Shown: positions 53,401 through 63,400 of the stretch, piece by piece
Layout: each line of letters opens with the position of its first letter
Position numbering within the stretch: position 1 is the first letter of the stretch
IMG/VR virus record: IMGVR_UViG_3300024246_000004
Span: 27,446 to 91,445 of that record
Source of the DNA: a virus
Lineage: Duplodnaviria > Heunggongvirae > Uroviricota > Caudoviricetes
DNA length: 64,000 nucleotides
Direction: 5' to 3' (one strand)
Position numbers and translations under genes: made by a program
The notes under the pieces: model-generated
What the model was told of the DNA's origin: nothing
Seen by the model: the letters and a program-made list of their open reading frames with translations, nothing else
The model's database searches: none

Positions 53401-54231
53401 TTACTCGTCGGTGAACGGCAGGTCCACCACCGTCCACGAGCCTTCCTTCGTGTAGCCCGCCCACTGCGCGCCGCTCGGATCGCAGTCCAGGCCGAACACC
53501 CAAGCGTGCCCACCGTCATAGGTGGGAATGCGGTCGGTGTACGGGAAGTGCAGGTGCCCGTGATACAGGCGCTTGGCCTGGAGTTCCGCCAGCGCGTGCT
53601 GGATGCGGCGCTGATTCGGCAGGCAATCGGCCAGGGCCTTGCGGTTCCACGGCGGGTTGGACCCGAACGGTTTGTCGTGACTGAAGATCACGTCCACCGG
53701 CGACGAGTCGGCGTCCATGATCGCCATGAACTGCTCGTCGGTCATCTCCTCCTCGGGGAACCACAGGGTGCCTGAGAAGTCTTTCGGGACGCCCGCCCAC
53801 TGAGCGGCGCGCTTCTCCGACTTCAGCGTGTTGACGTACTCCTCGGTGACGCGCCAGTCCTTGTCCACCGAATACGCCCCGCCGAGGGCGATGAACCGGG
53901 TGTCGGCCCACGTCCACCGGTGCCCGCGCGGCGCATAGCGGACATGCTTGCGGCAGACGAGGAAGCCCTCGTCGTCGCGGTTGTCCCCGTACTTCTCCAG
54001 CACCAGCGATGTCTTGTCGTGGTTGCCGTCGAGAAAGTACAGGATGACGCCGCTGTGCGCGGCGTGCCGCTCCACGTCGTCGAAGAACTTCACGCCGTCG
54101 GCGGTGTGTTCCCAGGCCCCGAAGTCGCCGAGCTGGAAGATCCGGTCGGCGCCAGCTTTCTTGGCCCGGCCCAGCAGGGTGATCACGTGTGTGCAATTGC
54201 CATGAACATCGCCAGCTATCAACAACTTCAC
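53401..54231 (-). CDS. Calcineurin-like metallophosphoesterase
   Basis: GDVHGN, GNHD and GHLH metal-binding motifs; SD GAAAGGGTTGCT then GTG. Confidence 0.7.
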   Translation of the reverse strand: MKLLIAGDVHGNCTHVITLLGRAKKAGADRIFQLGDFGAWEHTADGVKFFDDVERHAAHSGVILYFLDGNHDKTSLVLEKYGDNRDDEGFLVCRKHVRYAPRGHRWTWADTRFIALGGAYSVDKDWRVTEEYVNTLKSEKRAAQWAGVPKDFSGTLWFPEEEMTDEQFMAIMDADSSPVDVIFSHDKPFGSNPPWNRKALADCLPNQRRIQHALAELQAKRLYHGHLHFPYTDRIPTYDGGHAWVFGLDCDPSGAQWAGYTKEGSWTVVDLPFTDE

Positions 54232-54335
54232 AGCAACCCTTTCGTGTCGATGCCCAATGACGTTTTCTGCGTGTGCCTTGCACGGATTGTGGTCATCGAG
54301 CCGGACTAACGTATCACACGAGAAGCGGGGTGTCC

Positions 54336-57300
54336 ATGTCGAACTCCGCGCGCCGCGTACTCCAGTCGGTCAAGGCCGTGAAGCCGTCACCGGCGGTTCC
54401 GGGCTCCGGCTACGGCGTGCCCGGCGGTTCGTACGGATCCGGCATGTCCCCGCTCGTGGCCTCCTACGCCATGCCCGGCATGCCCTACGGCGAGCGGACC
54501 TACGGCACCGCGCTGCCCCGCGACCCGATGGAATTCCTGTCGGGTATGTTCTCGCCGCTCTCCCCGATCCAGCCAGTCGCCATCGACCAGCCGAAGCCCG
54601 GGTTCGATCGGCCCGAGCCGCGCCAGTTCGAGTATCCCGTCAGCTGGAACATGCCGATAGGAGTTCCCGGCTCCGAAGGCCTCAAGCTCGCTAGTTTCGC
54701 CAACCTGCGCTCCATCGCGGACATCTACTCCGTGGCGCGCGCCTGCATCAAACTGCGCATCCAGGAAATCCTCGGCCTGGAGTGGGACATCATCCCCACG
54801 AAAGACGCCGAGAAGAACATGCGCGGCGACGACAAGAAGCACTCGAATTTCCAGAAGCGCCGCAACGAGGCCATGGAATTCTGGCGCAACCCGGACCCGA
54901 ACTACGGCTCGTTCGAGTCCTGGCTCAGCGCCGTCCTTGAGGACATCCTCGTCGTCGATGCGCTCTCGCTCTACGTCCACCCGACGCGGATGCGCGGCAA
55001 GGGCCTGCTCGGCTCCGACGTGGCGTCCCTCGAAGTGATCGCGGGCGAAACCATCAGGCCCCTGCTGGACGTGTCCGGCGGACGGCCCAAGCCACCCAAC
55101 CCCGCGTTCCAGCAGTATATGTACGGGGTTCCGCGCACCGACCTGATGACGGTCATCAACGAAGAGGACCTCGACGGCCTCTCGGACGCGATGGTGGCCG
55201 AATACCGGGGCGACCAGCTGCTTTACCTGCCATATTTCCGCCGTTCTTGGACGCCGTACGGCTTCTCCCCCGTGGAGCAGGCCCTTATTCCGGCCATGAT
55301 GGGAATCCAGCGGCAGAGCTGGCAGCTGGACACCTACTCCGAGGGCACCGTCCCTGCGGTATTCATTTCCGCCGGTGACACGAATTCCACGCCGAACCAG
55401 CTGCGCGAATTGCAGGATGCACTCAACGCCATGGCCGGGGACCCGGCCTGGAAGCACAAGATCATTGTCCTGCCGGGCGGCTCGAAGATCGACCCGATGA
55501 AGCCGCAGGCCCTGGCCGACGCCTTCGATGAGATCATGATGACCCAGATGTGCATGGCGTTCGACGTCATGCCGATGGAGCTGGGCATCGCGCCGAAAGT
55601 CTCGACGACGCAGAGCCCCGGCGCCGCCAACCAGATGGCTAAGGCGAGCGAGCAGGTCAACCAGCGCAAGGCCCTGCGTCCCATGCTCAAGTGGTTGAAG
55701 GCAAGCGTCTTCGACTTCCTCTTGCAGAAGGTATGCAAGCAGGACGACATGCAGTGGATGTGGGAGGGCCTGGAGGAGGGCGTTGACGAGGAGTCCCAGG
55801 TCGGCCTCCTGATCCAGGAGATCAGCTTCGGCCTGCGCTCGATCGACGAAGCGCGCATCTCTCGCGGCGAACAGCCGTGGGGCCTGCCGCTGACCTCCGA
55901 CCCGGTCTACGCCACCCCCAACGGCCTGATGCCCATCGGTTCCATCGATCCCGCCACCGGCATGCCCGCCGCCCTCCAGCCCGAAGTCGCCCCCGGCTCC
56001 GCGCTGCCCGGCGCGAACATGCCCAACGGCGCGTTGGCCGGTACGACGCCGAGCGGCAACCAGTCCTCGACGCGCACCGTCAAGCCGGGCAAGCCGGTGC
56101 GGCTGCCGACCGCCTCCGTGCCGGGCCCCAAGGCCAAGCCGAAGCCGACCAAGCCGTCCGCCGGACCGCGCGTCTCCCCGTCGCACACCGCCCGGGGGTC
56201 CGCGTCGAAAGGTATCGACGGGAAGGCGGCCCTCAAAGAGCTCGACCTGATCCGCAGGCAGCTCAAGAGGGACCGCTCGATCGAGGACTGGCAGCCCAAG
56301 GACGTGCCGCAGCAGGTCATGGACATGCTGCGCGCCGACCTGTGGCGGATGGACGCCGCTGAGGCGATCATGAAGGCCCGCGATGGCGTGTACAAGCTGC
56401 TCAAGGAGCGCGCCGGACAGGGCACCGCCGACCGCGAGAGCGCGATCATGCACGTGCAGTCCCGCGTCGCCACCGACCTGCGCACCCTCGCAGACCAGGT
56501 GGAGAACGGGAAACTGTCCACGGCCGACTTCCTCCAGCGGGCCACCGACACGATGCGAGCCGGAATCCGCGCCGGTCTCCAGGCCGGTGCATACGCCGCT
56601 ATAGATCAGGGCCGCACCGAGAAGCACACCCAGCTGCGCATCCAGGGCGAGACGTGGTCCAACATCGTCAAGGACGACGGCGACGAGGGCGACGGCTACG
56701 ACGAGGCGCTGCACGGCGACTCGCCCTACAACGCCTACCTCGACCAGCTGGCCAGCACGGAAGCCGACCGGCAGTCCGGCTACCTCAGCGGCCTGCTGCG
56801 CGACATCCTTGGCGCGCTGGGCATGAAGGACTGGCTGGACAAGCTCGGCTCGCGCCTGGACCTGTACGCCGCCCAGGTGCGCTCCGCGTACGAACAGGGC
56901 TACGGCTACACGTACGCGGCGATGAACCCGTCCGGCTCGGTGGTCTACACCTGGTTCACCACGTCCGCCAAGCCGTGCGCACTGTGCTCGGCGAAGGACG
57001 GCCAGCAGTTCAGCGAAGACCAGCTGCCCGGTTTCCCGGGTCAGGGCGGCTTCGGCGACCCCGGCGACATCGCGGGGGCCGAACTCGCCATCTGCATGGG
57101 CGGCGTGAACTGCAAATGCTACCTCAGTGCCACCACCATCCCCGACGGAACCGGGGGCGGTGGGTTCTTCAGCGCGGCCCGCAACGCCTGGAACGCCGCG
57201 CTCAGCAGCATCCTGGGCAAATCCGCCCAGGAGATCACCAGCCACGACCACATCAGCCATTCCCACGCGGATGAGACGCACGAGGTCTATGCATACCTCG

Positions 57301-57695
57301 CGCGCCACTACCCGGCGGGTTCGCTGGAGTGGGTCAAGGCAGCGCGTTGGCATGGACCGGTGGAGATCAAGCTGGACCGGATCAACATGGGCCGCCGCGC
57401 TGGCGGGGCGAGGGATCCGAACAAGGTCAGGATGATCTCCTTCGCGATCGAGGACGGCCACAAGATCGACCCGATCGTGGTCGTGCGGGTGCCCGGGAAG
57501 AACAAGTACCAGGTCGCCGACGGCTGGCACCGCACGCTCGCCGTCAAGGACAGCGGGCGCAAGTCGATCATGGCCTGGGTCGGCGACGTGGACAGCGACT
57601 CCACCTTCTCCCCCGAGGAGATGGGCTCCGAGAAGCTGAACACCGACAAGAAGTCTCCGGGCCTTGAGAACAACCGCAAGGACTCCGGTGGCTAA
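54336..57695 (+). CDS. Portal protein fused to a MuF-like head-morphogenesis region and a C-terminal ParB-like nuclease domain (1119 aa)
   Basis: About 500-aa portal-like N-terminus first in the structural unit; Pro/Ala-rich linker; Cys-containing MuF-like segment (CALCSAKDG); C-terminal ...IVVVRVPGKNKYQVADGWHRTLAV... is ParB-N-like. Confidence 0.6.
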   Translation: MSNSARRVLQSVKAVKPSPAVPGSGYGVPGGSYGSGMSPLVASYAMPGMPYGERTYGTALPRDPMEFLSGMFSPLSPIQPVAIDQPKPGFDRPEPRQFEYPVSWNMPIGVPGSEGLKLASFANLRSIADIYSVARACIKLRIQEILGLEWDIIPTKDAEKNMRGDDKKHSNFQKRRNEAMEFWRNPDPNYGSFESWLSAVLEDILVVDALSLYVHPTRMRGKGLLGSDVASLEVIAGETIRPLLDVSGGRPKPPNPAFQQYMYGVPRTDLMTVINEEDLDGLSDAMVAEYRGDQLLYLPYFRRSWTPYGFSPVEQALIPAMMGIQRQSWQLDTYSEGTVPAVFISAGDTNSTPNQLRELQDALNAMAGDPAWKHKIIVLPGGSKIDPMKPQALADAFDEIMMTQMCMAFDVMPMELGIAPKVSTTQSPGAANQMAKASEQVNQRKALRPMLKWLKASVFDFLLQKVCKQDDMQWMWEGLEEGVDEESQVGLLIQEISFGLRSIDEARISRGEQPWGLPLTSDPVYATPNGLMPIGSIDPATGMPAALQPEVAPGSALPGANMPNGALAGTTPSGNQSSTRTVKPGKPVRLPTASVPGPKAKPKPTKPSAGPRVSPSHTARGSASKGIDGKAALKELDLIRRQLKRDRSIEDWQPKDVPQQVMDMLRADLWRMDAAEAIMKARDGVYKLLKERAGQGTADRESAIMHVQSRVATDLRTLADQVENGKLSTADFLQRATDTMRAGIRAGLQAGAYAAIDQGRTEKHTQLRIQGETWSNIVKDDGDEGDGYDEALHGDSPYNAYLDQLASTEADRQSGYLSGLLRDILGALGMKDWLDKLGSRLDLYAAQVRSAYEQGYGYTYAAMNPSGSVVYTWFTTSAKPCALCSAKDGQQFSEDQLPGFPGQGGFGDPGDIAGAELAICMGGVNCKCYLSATTIPDGTGGGGFFSAARNAWNAALSSILGKSAQEITSHDHISHSHADETHEVYAYLARHYPAGSLEWVKAARWHGPVEIKLDRINMGRRAGGARDPNKVRMISFAIEDGHKIDPIVVVRVPGKNKYQVADGWHRTLAVKDSGRKSIMAWVGDVDSDSTFSPEEMGSEKLNTDKKSPGLENNRKDSGG

Positions 57696-57702
57696 GAAGT
57701 GG

Positions 57703-57927
57703 ATGCGCCCTGCCCCGTGGCAGGCGACAGCGGAGCTGATCGAGAGGATCGGCCGCTGCGCGAGCTGCGGGGCCACCGCCGTCTGGTGCCTGGTCTCGGA
57801 GGACACCGCGTTCGCGTTCTGCGGCCCGTGCTGCTGCCGCTGGTCGCACCCCTCCTCGCCGTCCATGGACGAGGACGACCCCTACCAGTCATGCCCCGAG
57901 TGCTCCAAAGCCGAGGTCACTGCATGA
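57703..57927 (+). CDS. Cys-rich Zn-ribbon small protein
   Basis: CASCG...CGPCCC...CPEC. Confidence 0.45.
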   Translation: MRPAPWQATAELIERIGRCASCGATAVWCLVSEDTAFAFCGPCCCRWSHPSSPSMDEDDPYQSCPECSKAEVTA

Positions 57928-58133
57928 ACGTATTCAAGGTCACCTATGTCGAGAAGGACGCCTCCACGACGTCCGACCAGCAGATGGCCGTCGATTCCAT
58001 CGCAGCCCTCGACTACGAGGTGGGCACGGACTTCGTGGCCTTCCTCGGCGACAACCACCAGGTCGTTGCGGCGTACGCGGTCCACCGCGTCGTCTCCATC
58101 CTCACTGAAACCTCCGGCGCGCAGGCGTCGTAA
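57924..58133 (+). CDS. Hypothetical small protein
   Basis: ATG overlaps the upstream stop. Confidence 0.45.
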   Translation: MNVFKVTYVEKDASTTSDQQMAVDSIAALDYEVGTDFVAFLGDNHQVVAAYAVHRVVSILTETSGAQAS

Positions 58134-58163
58134 CCCATTCCCGACAGCCACCGGAGGAGATGT

Positions 58164-60875
58164 GTGGCAGTAACCGACAAGATTTACGCCTCGTTCCCCA
58201 TTGTGAAGTCCGAGACCGACGCCGACGGCAACCTGGTCGTCTACGGCAAGGCCACCAGCGGACTGGTCGATTCCGACCGCCAGATCATCGACCCCGCGTG
58301 GTCGGCCAGTGCCCTCCAGAAGTGGATGTCCAGCGGCGCGAACCTGCGGGTTCAGCACCAGGCGCGGCGGGACCCTGCGGGTAAAGGCCTGGTGGTCGAG
58401 CCGGACCGCGACGGCGACGGCGGCCACTGGCTCAAGGCCCTCGTGGTCGAGCCGGTTGCCCAGAAGCTCGTCCAGCACGGTGTGCTGCGCGCGTTCAGCG
58501 TCGGCATCTCGAACCCGGTGATCAACCGGGACATGACCGGCAAGGCCGCTGGCGGCATCATCACCGGCAACGACGAGACCGAGATCTTCGAGGTCTCCCT
58601 CGTGGACCGGCCCGCCAACAAGGAGTGCGGCTTCACGCTGGCCAAGTCGGCGGGCGACGAAGGCGACTGGGGCGACGTCGGCGACTTCGACAAGCTCCTG
58701 TTCGACGCCCAGGCCGCCAAGCTGGCCAAGAGCGAGTCGGGCGCGGCGCCGGATTCCGAGGACGACTCCACGGGCACCGACACGGACGACGGCAGCATCG
58801 CGGACGACGAGAAGGACGACGAGGAGACTCAGAAGGCTTACCAGGCCGCTCACCGCACCTGGAAGTCCGTCGAGCCGTCGCTGGCGAAGGCCGCCGGGCC
58901 CACCGAGTACCTCCAGGCCCGCGCCGCGTACCAGCGGTGGCTAGCCGAGGGTGAAGGCGAAGGCCTGGTCGAGGGCACGTACGGCACCCAGGCCGGTCTC
59001 GCGCAGTTCGTGGCGAAGCGCAACTTCGACATGGGTGTGGGCGGCGGCGTGGACCGCGACAAGATCCCGGCCGAGGACTTCGGCGACCCGGCGAACCGCA
59101 AGTACCCGATCGTTACACCAGGCGACGTGAAGGACGCGGGTGGGCTGATCGGCCACGCCGCCGACCCGGACGCCGTCAAGGCCCGGATCATCGCCATCGC
59201 CAAGCGCAAGGGCGCCGCGTTCGTCGCCCAGCTCCCGAAGGCCTGGAACGTGAAGACCGAGGAGCACGAGGACGCGCTAGAGAAGGCCAAGGGCAAGGGC
59301 AAGAAGAAGCCAGCCTTCAACGGAGCCGCCAAGCCGTTCGACGGCCAGGACGACGACGGCGACGGCAAGGACGCCGACAAGCCTGCCGAGAAGTCCGTGG
59401 ATACCGCCGAGAAGGCGGGCGGCAAGACGTGCCCGAAGTGCGGCAAGGTCTTCCACATGGACACGAAGGTCAAGGCCTGTACTTCGTGTGGCACCAAGCT
59501 GCCCAAGGGCAAGGCGATCAAGGCCGCCGAGATCGCGAACCTGATCGTGGACCTTAAGGGGCAGTCGTTCATGTCCGAGGCCGAGATGACCGACCTGGTC
59601 AAGCAGATCGGCGAACAGCTCGGCAAGAAGAAGCGCCCGCTTCCCGCCGACACCAAGCCCGCTGGCACGCACCGCGAGCCCGACGGCACCCTCGTGGAAG
59701 GACTGGAGCACATGGCGGGCATGCCCACGACGCCGGACTCCACGGCCGACCACACCCCGGCCTCCGTCAAGGACGCCGAGCCGGTCTCGTACTCGGTCAA
59801 GCGCATGCACGACGTGTTCTGTGCCGCTTACCACGAGGACGACGTGCGCGCCGAGTACCCATCCCTCAAGGGCCTGGGCGATGCGGCGGACGAGGCGTAC
59901 TGGTCGCGCGAGCTGGCCAAGGCCAACGCCGCCGGGGACGCCGAAGCCACAGCTGAACTGTCCTACATGGTGCAGGCCGCGCAGCACCTCAAGGGCGCCG
60001 ACCCGTTGGCCGTGGCCGACGGCCGCGCGCTGCTGCACAAGGCGTTCGCGGACCTCTACCCGAACACCGCCAAGCCGACGCCGACCGACATGTCCCCGGG
60101 CAAGTTCCAGCGCCCGTACCTGTCCGCCGGACGTGCGCCGCTCACCGCGACGGGCGCTTCGCCCCGAGTTCCCCCGAGCACGCACACCCCGGAGCCGCAG
60201 GACTTCCAGCGCGGCCTGATCACCTCGGGCCACCAGGCGACTCCTCCGGCCGCCAAGGGCGGCAACAACCCGAACGGCTACAACGCCCGGGACTACTACG
60301 GCCCGGCAGCCCGCGAGGCCGCGAAGAACGCCATGCAGTCGCAGCACGACCGCCTGGTGGGCTCGCAGCCGGACCTGTGCCCGATGTCCCCCAGCCGTTC
60401 CGTCATGCCGCCGGACCTGTCCGCCGGTTCCGTCCCGACGCCCGTCACGCCTCCCGCGACCAACACCGCCCCCGGCGAGAAGTCGGTGGACGGCGGCGGC
60501 GAAGTCGTCACCTTGCTCAAGGCTCTGCTCACGCAGACCGAGAAGCAGAACAAGAAGATCACCAAGGCCCTCGACGCTCAGCTCGCCGAGGCCAACGAGA
60601 AGATCGTCGAACTGTCCAAGCAGATCGATCAGCTGGGAAGCCAGCCAGATCCAGCCCAGGCCCCAGTGCGGGGAGTGGTTCGGAAGTCGGCTGTCCACGG
60701 CGAGCCCGCTCCGGTGGAGCGTCGCAGCCTCGTGGACGAGGCACAGCAGCACGTCGAGCAGGAGCGCCAGGAGCGTCTGGCCTACCTCACGCGCCTGACC
60801 AAGTCGGGAGACCCGGCCATGCGCCAGAAGGCCGAAGACGCCATCGAGCGTCTCGTGCTCGAAAAGGCCGAATAA
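58164..60875 (+). CDS. Prohead protease (HK97/S78-like) fused to a scaffold-like coiled-coil region (903 aa)
   Basis: The N-terminal 170 aa resemble caudoviral prohead proteases; the middle is acidic and Lys-rich; the C-terminal coiled coil ...LLKALLTQTEKQNKKITKALDAQLAEANEKIVELSKQIDQL is scaffold-like. Confidence 0.55.
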   Translation: MAVTDKIYASFPIVKSETDADGNLVVYGKATSGLVDSDRQIIDPAWSASALQKWMSSGANLRVQHQARRDPAGKGLVVEPDRDGDGGHWLKALVVEPVAQKLVQHGVLRAFSVGISNPVINRDMTGKAAGGIITGNDETEIFEVSLVDRPANKECGFTLAKSAGDEGDWGDVGDFDKLLFDAQAAKLAKSESGAAPDSEDDSTGTDTDDGSIADDEKDDEETQKAYQAAHRTWKSVEPSLAKAAGPTEYLQARAAYQRWLAEGEGEGLVEGTYGTQAGLAQFVAKRNFDMGVGGGVDRDKIPAEDFGDPANRKYPIVTPGDVKDAGGLIGHAADPDAVKARIIAIAKRKGAAFVAQLPKAWNVKTEEHEDALEKAKGKGKKKPAFNGAAKPFDGQDDDGDGKDADKPAEKSVDTAEKAGGKTCPKCGKVFHMDTKVKACTSCGTKLPKGKAIKAAEIANLIVDLKGQSFMSEAEMTDLVKQIGEQLGKKKRPLPADTKPAGTHREPDGTLVEGLEHMAGMPTTPDSTADHTPASVKDAEPVSYSVKRMHDVFCAAYHEDDVRAEYPSLKGLGDAADEAYWSRELAKANAAGDAEATAELSYMVQAAQHLKGADPLAVADGRALLHKAFADLYPNTAKPTPTDMSPGKFQRPYLSAGRAPLTATGASPRVPPSTHTPEPQDFQRGLITSGHQATPPAAKGGNNPNGYNARDYYGPAAREAAKNAMQSQHDRLVGSQPDLCPMSPSRSVMPPDLSAGSVPTPVTPPATNTAPGEKSVDGGGEVVTLLKALLTQTEKQNKKITKALDAQLAEANEKIVELSKQIDQLGSQPDPAQAPVRGVVRKSAVHGEPAPVERRSLVDEAQQHVEQERQERLAYLTRLTKSGDPAMRQKAEDAIERLVLEKAE

Positions 60876-60902
60876 CGAATCCCTCGGGGCCGCCACCTGA
60901 CC

Positions 60903-62774
60903 GTGGCGGCCCCTCACCCCGTAAGGAGGGGTATGGCAGTCAACGAAGTCGTCAGGGCGCTCGGAGCAGCCCCCGACGAGCGCTGGGTCGCGTCGGACAC
61001 CGACGCCACGCGCTACAGCTACGCCGCCGAGATGCTCGGCGAGAAGATGCCCACCCTGGTCAAGGGCGCCGGTTACGCCCGTCCCGGCGGCAACAAGCCG
61101 CTGAGCGACGACGACCAGATCTTCAAGGCGTCGATGAAGGCTGAGACGGCCTTCATGAAGTCGATGAAGAACGGCATCGACAACCCCGAGGGCGTCATCA
61201 AGTCGTTCTCCCCCGAGTTCGCCGGACACTTCGGCGCGTTCATGGCGGCCTCGCCGCAGAACCAGCAGATGGCCCGCATGGTGGACTCCCTGTCCGCCCA
61301 GCTGTCCACCATCCTGGACAAGTCCGTCACGCTGACAAGCCCTCTGGGCTCGGGTTTCGTGCCGTTCAACCTGGTCAGCCCCTCCCGGCTGATCTACCCG
61401 GTCTACTCGCCGATCCGCAACAAGATGCCCCGCACCCAGGGCCAGGGCACCTCGTACCGCGCGAAGGTGATCACGGGTGTCAGCGGCTCGCAGACCGGCC
61501 CGTCCGGCGGCAAGTTCCTCGACCTCGCCATCCCGGAGCTCGTGCAGGGCGGCGGCTCGTTCTCCAACTGGCCCCTGAACCTGCCCGGTGCGGGCACTCA
61601 GGACGCTGTTGACCTCAACATCCCGTACAAGTTCTTCGGCCAGTCCGAGAACCTGTCCTGGCTGGCCCAGTTCTCGGGCCAGGGCTTCGAGGACATCAGC
61701 GCGCTGGCGAACCTCCTGCTGCTCCAGGAGTTCATGCTCAACGAGGAGGCGATGTTCCTCGAAGGAACGTCCGTCGCCTACGTCGCGCCGACCAACCCGA
61801 CGCTGACGGCCCGCGCCGCGAACGCCGGTGAGACCGCCCTGACCGGCGTGACCACCAACGTGTTCGTCAAGGTCACCGGCGTCAACTACTTCGGCGAGAC
61901 GGTCGCGCAGGCCTCCGGCGCTTCCGTCGCCTGGTCCGCTGGCCAGGTCGTGGACGTCAGCCTGGTGCCGGAGTCCGGCGTCGTGTCCTACAACATCTAT
62001 GTGACCACCGGTGCGTCTGCGGGCACGTACTTCATCATGGCCTCCGGCGTCGGCGGCCTGAACTTCACCCTCCAGGGCGCGCTGCCGACCTCCGGCGCGA
62101 ACCCGCCGTCCTCGGACACCACGTCCTCGACGACGTACCGCCTCGAAGGCATCATCCCGACGCTGACCGGCCACTCCGCCGGTTCGTCCAACCCGTACCC
62201 GAGCAACTGGCAGGGCGGCTACGTCAACCAGTCGGTCGGCGACACCCTCAAGACGTCGGTCATCAACAACGCCCTCCAGGCGATGTGGGACGGCACCGGC
62301 GCGGGCATCAGCACCTACGGTTCGTTCCGCGCGGACCCGGCCGAGCTGATCGCCGAGGGCGGCGACGTCATGCGCCTGTCCAACGACATCGTGCAGACCG
62401 GCGCCAACACGAACTACCGCCTGTTCATCGACCAGGGCGAGGTCCCGGGCACGCGCCTCGGCGCGGCGGTGAGCGAGTTCCAGAACCCGATCACCCGCTC
62501 CGTCGTGCGCATCGTCGTGCACCCGTGGCTCACGCAGGGCACCGCCCTGCTCATGAGCTACACCCTGCCGATGGCGTGGTCGAACGTCAGCAACTGCTGG
62601 GAGTTCAACACCGTTCAGGACTACCTGAGCATCTCCTGGCCCGTGATCGACGCGACCTTCCGGTACTCGCTGTTCACGTACGGCGCCATGATCGCCAACG
62701 CGCCGCAGTACTCCGGTCTGCTGTCCGGCATCCAGAAGACCGACCGTTCCGGCTCTACCGGAACCTGGTCGTAA
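60903..62774 (+). CDS. Major capsid protein (putative, 623 aa)
   Basis: Sits directly after the protease-scaffold gene; large Gly/Ser/Thr-rich beta protein. Confidence 0.5.
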   Translation: MAAPHPVRRGMAVNEVVRALGAAPDERWVASDTDATRYSYAAEMLGEKMPTLVKGAGYARPGGNKPLSDDDQIFKASMKAETAFMKSMKNGIDNPEGVIKSFSPEFAGHFGAFMAASPQNQQMARMVDSLSAQLSTILDKSVTLTSPLGSGFVPFNLVSPSRLIYPVYSPIRNKMPRTQGQGTSYRAKVITGVSGSQTGPSGGKFLDLAIPELVQGGGSFSNWPLNLPGAGTQDAVDLNIPYKFFGQSENLSWLAQFSGQGFEDISALANLLLLQEFMLNEEAMFLEGTSVAYVAPTNPTLTARAANAGETALTGVTTNVFVKVTGVNYFGETVAQASGASVAWSAGQVVDVSLVPESGVVSYNIYVTTGASAGTYFIMASGVGGLNFTLQGALPTSGANPPSSDTTSSTTYRLEGIIPTLTGHSAGSSNPYPSNWQGGYVNQSVGDTLKTSVINNALQAMWDGTGAGISTYGSFRADPAELIAEGGDVMRLSNDIVQTGANTNYRLFIDQGEVPGTRLGAAVSEFQNPITRSVVRIVVHPWLTQGTALLMSYTLPMAWSNVSNCWEFNTVQDYLSISWPVIDATFRYSLFTYGAMIANAPQYSGLLSGIQKTDRSGSTGTWS

Positions 62775-62862
62775 TAAGGGCACGGGGCCGCGTCGGCGCA
62801 AGTCGATCGACGCGGCCCTTCCCTGTTCACACCTCAAAGAAAGGTCCTGAAAGGGAACCCTT

Positions 62863-63396
62863 ATGCCTACCAACACGAACTTCAACCCGCAGGGCGCCAG
62901 CACGGTACCCGGCGGTTTCGCCCAGCCGTCCCCCGGCGTCACCGAGCAGATCGAGACTCCGGCCGACCCGTCCGGCAACGCCTACGCCACGGTGCTCGCG
63001 GCGAGCGGCACCGCGATCCTGGAGACCGCGAACTACCGCGACTCCGGTGTCACGGTCCAGGTCGCCACGGCGACCACCGGCCCAGCGGCGGCGGCGGTGC
63101 TCGCGACGGTCACCCCTGGCACGGCGGGTCTCTGGGAGGTCACCGGCGAGATCTCGATCACCGGCACCAGCGTGGTGGCCGTCGAGTCGAACAACGCCGC
63201 GCTGTATCAGACCAGCACCGCGAAGCTCAACCCGATCCCGATGCCCGCGACGACCGCCGGTGTCAACCCGCCGGTCGCCATCGGTCCGGTCGTGCTGAAC
63301 CTGTCCGCTGCGGACACCGTGAACATCAAGGCCCTGGCGAACGCGACCGGCACCGCGATCTACGCGGCGTCGATCATCGCCCGCCGGGTCGGCTGA
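62863..63396 (+). CDS. Structural protein (head decoration or auxiliary capsid, putative)
   Basis: SD AAAGGGAACCCTT-ATG; Ala/Thr/Gly-rich. Confidence 0.45.
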   Translation: MPTNTNFNPQGASTVPGGFAQPSPGVTEQIETPADPSGNAYATVLAASGTAILETANYRDSGVTVQVATATTGPAAAAVLATVTPGTAGLWEVTGEISITGTSVVAVESNNAALYQTSTAKLNPIPMPATTAGVNPPVAIGPVVLNLSAADTVNIKALANATGTAIYAASIIARRVG

Positions 63397-63400
63397 TCCC

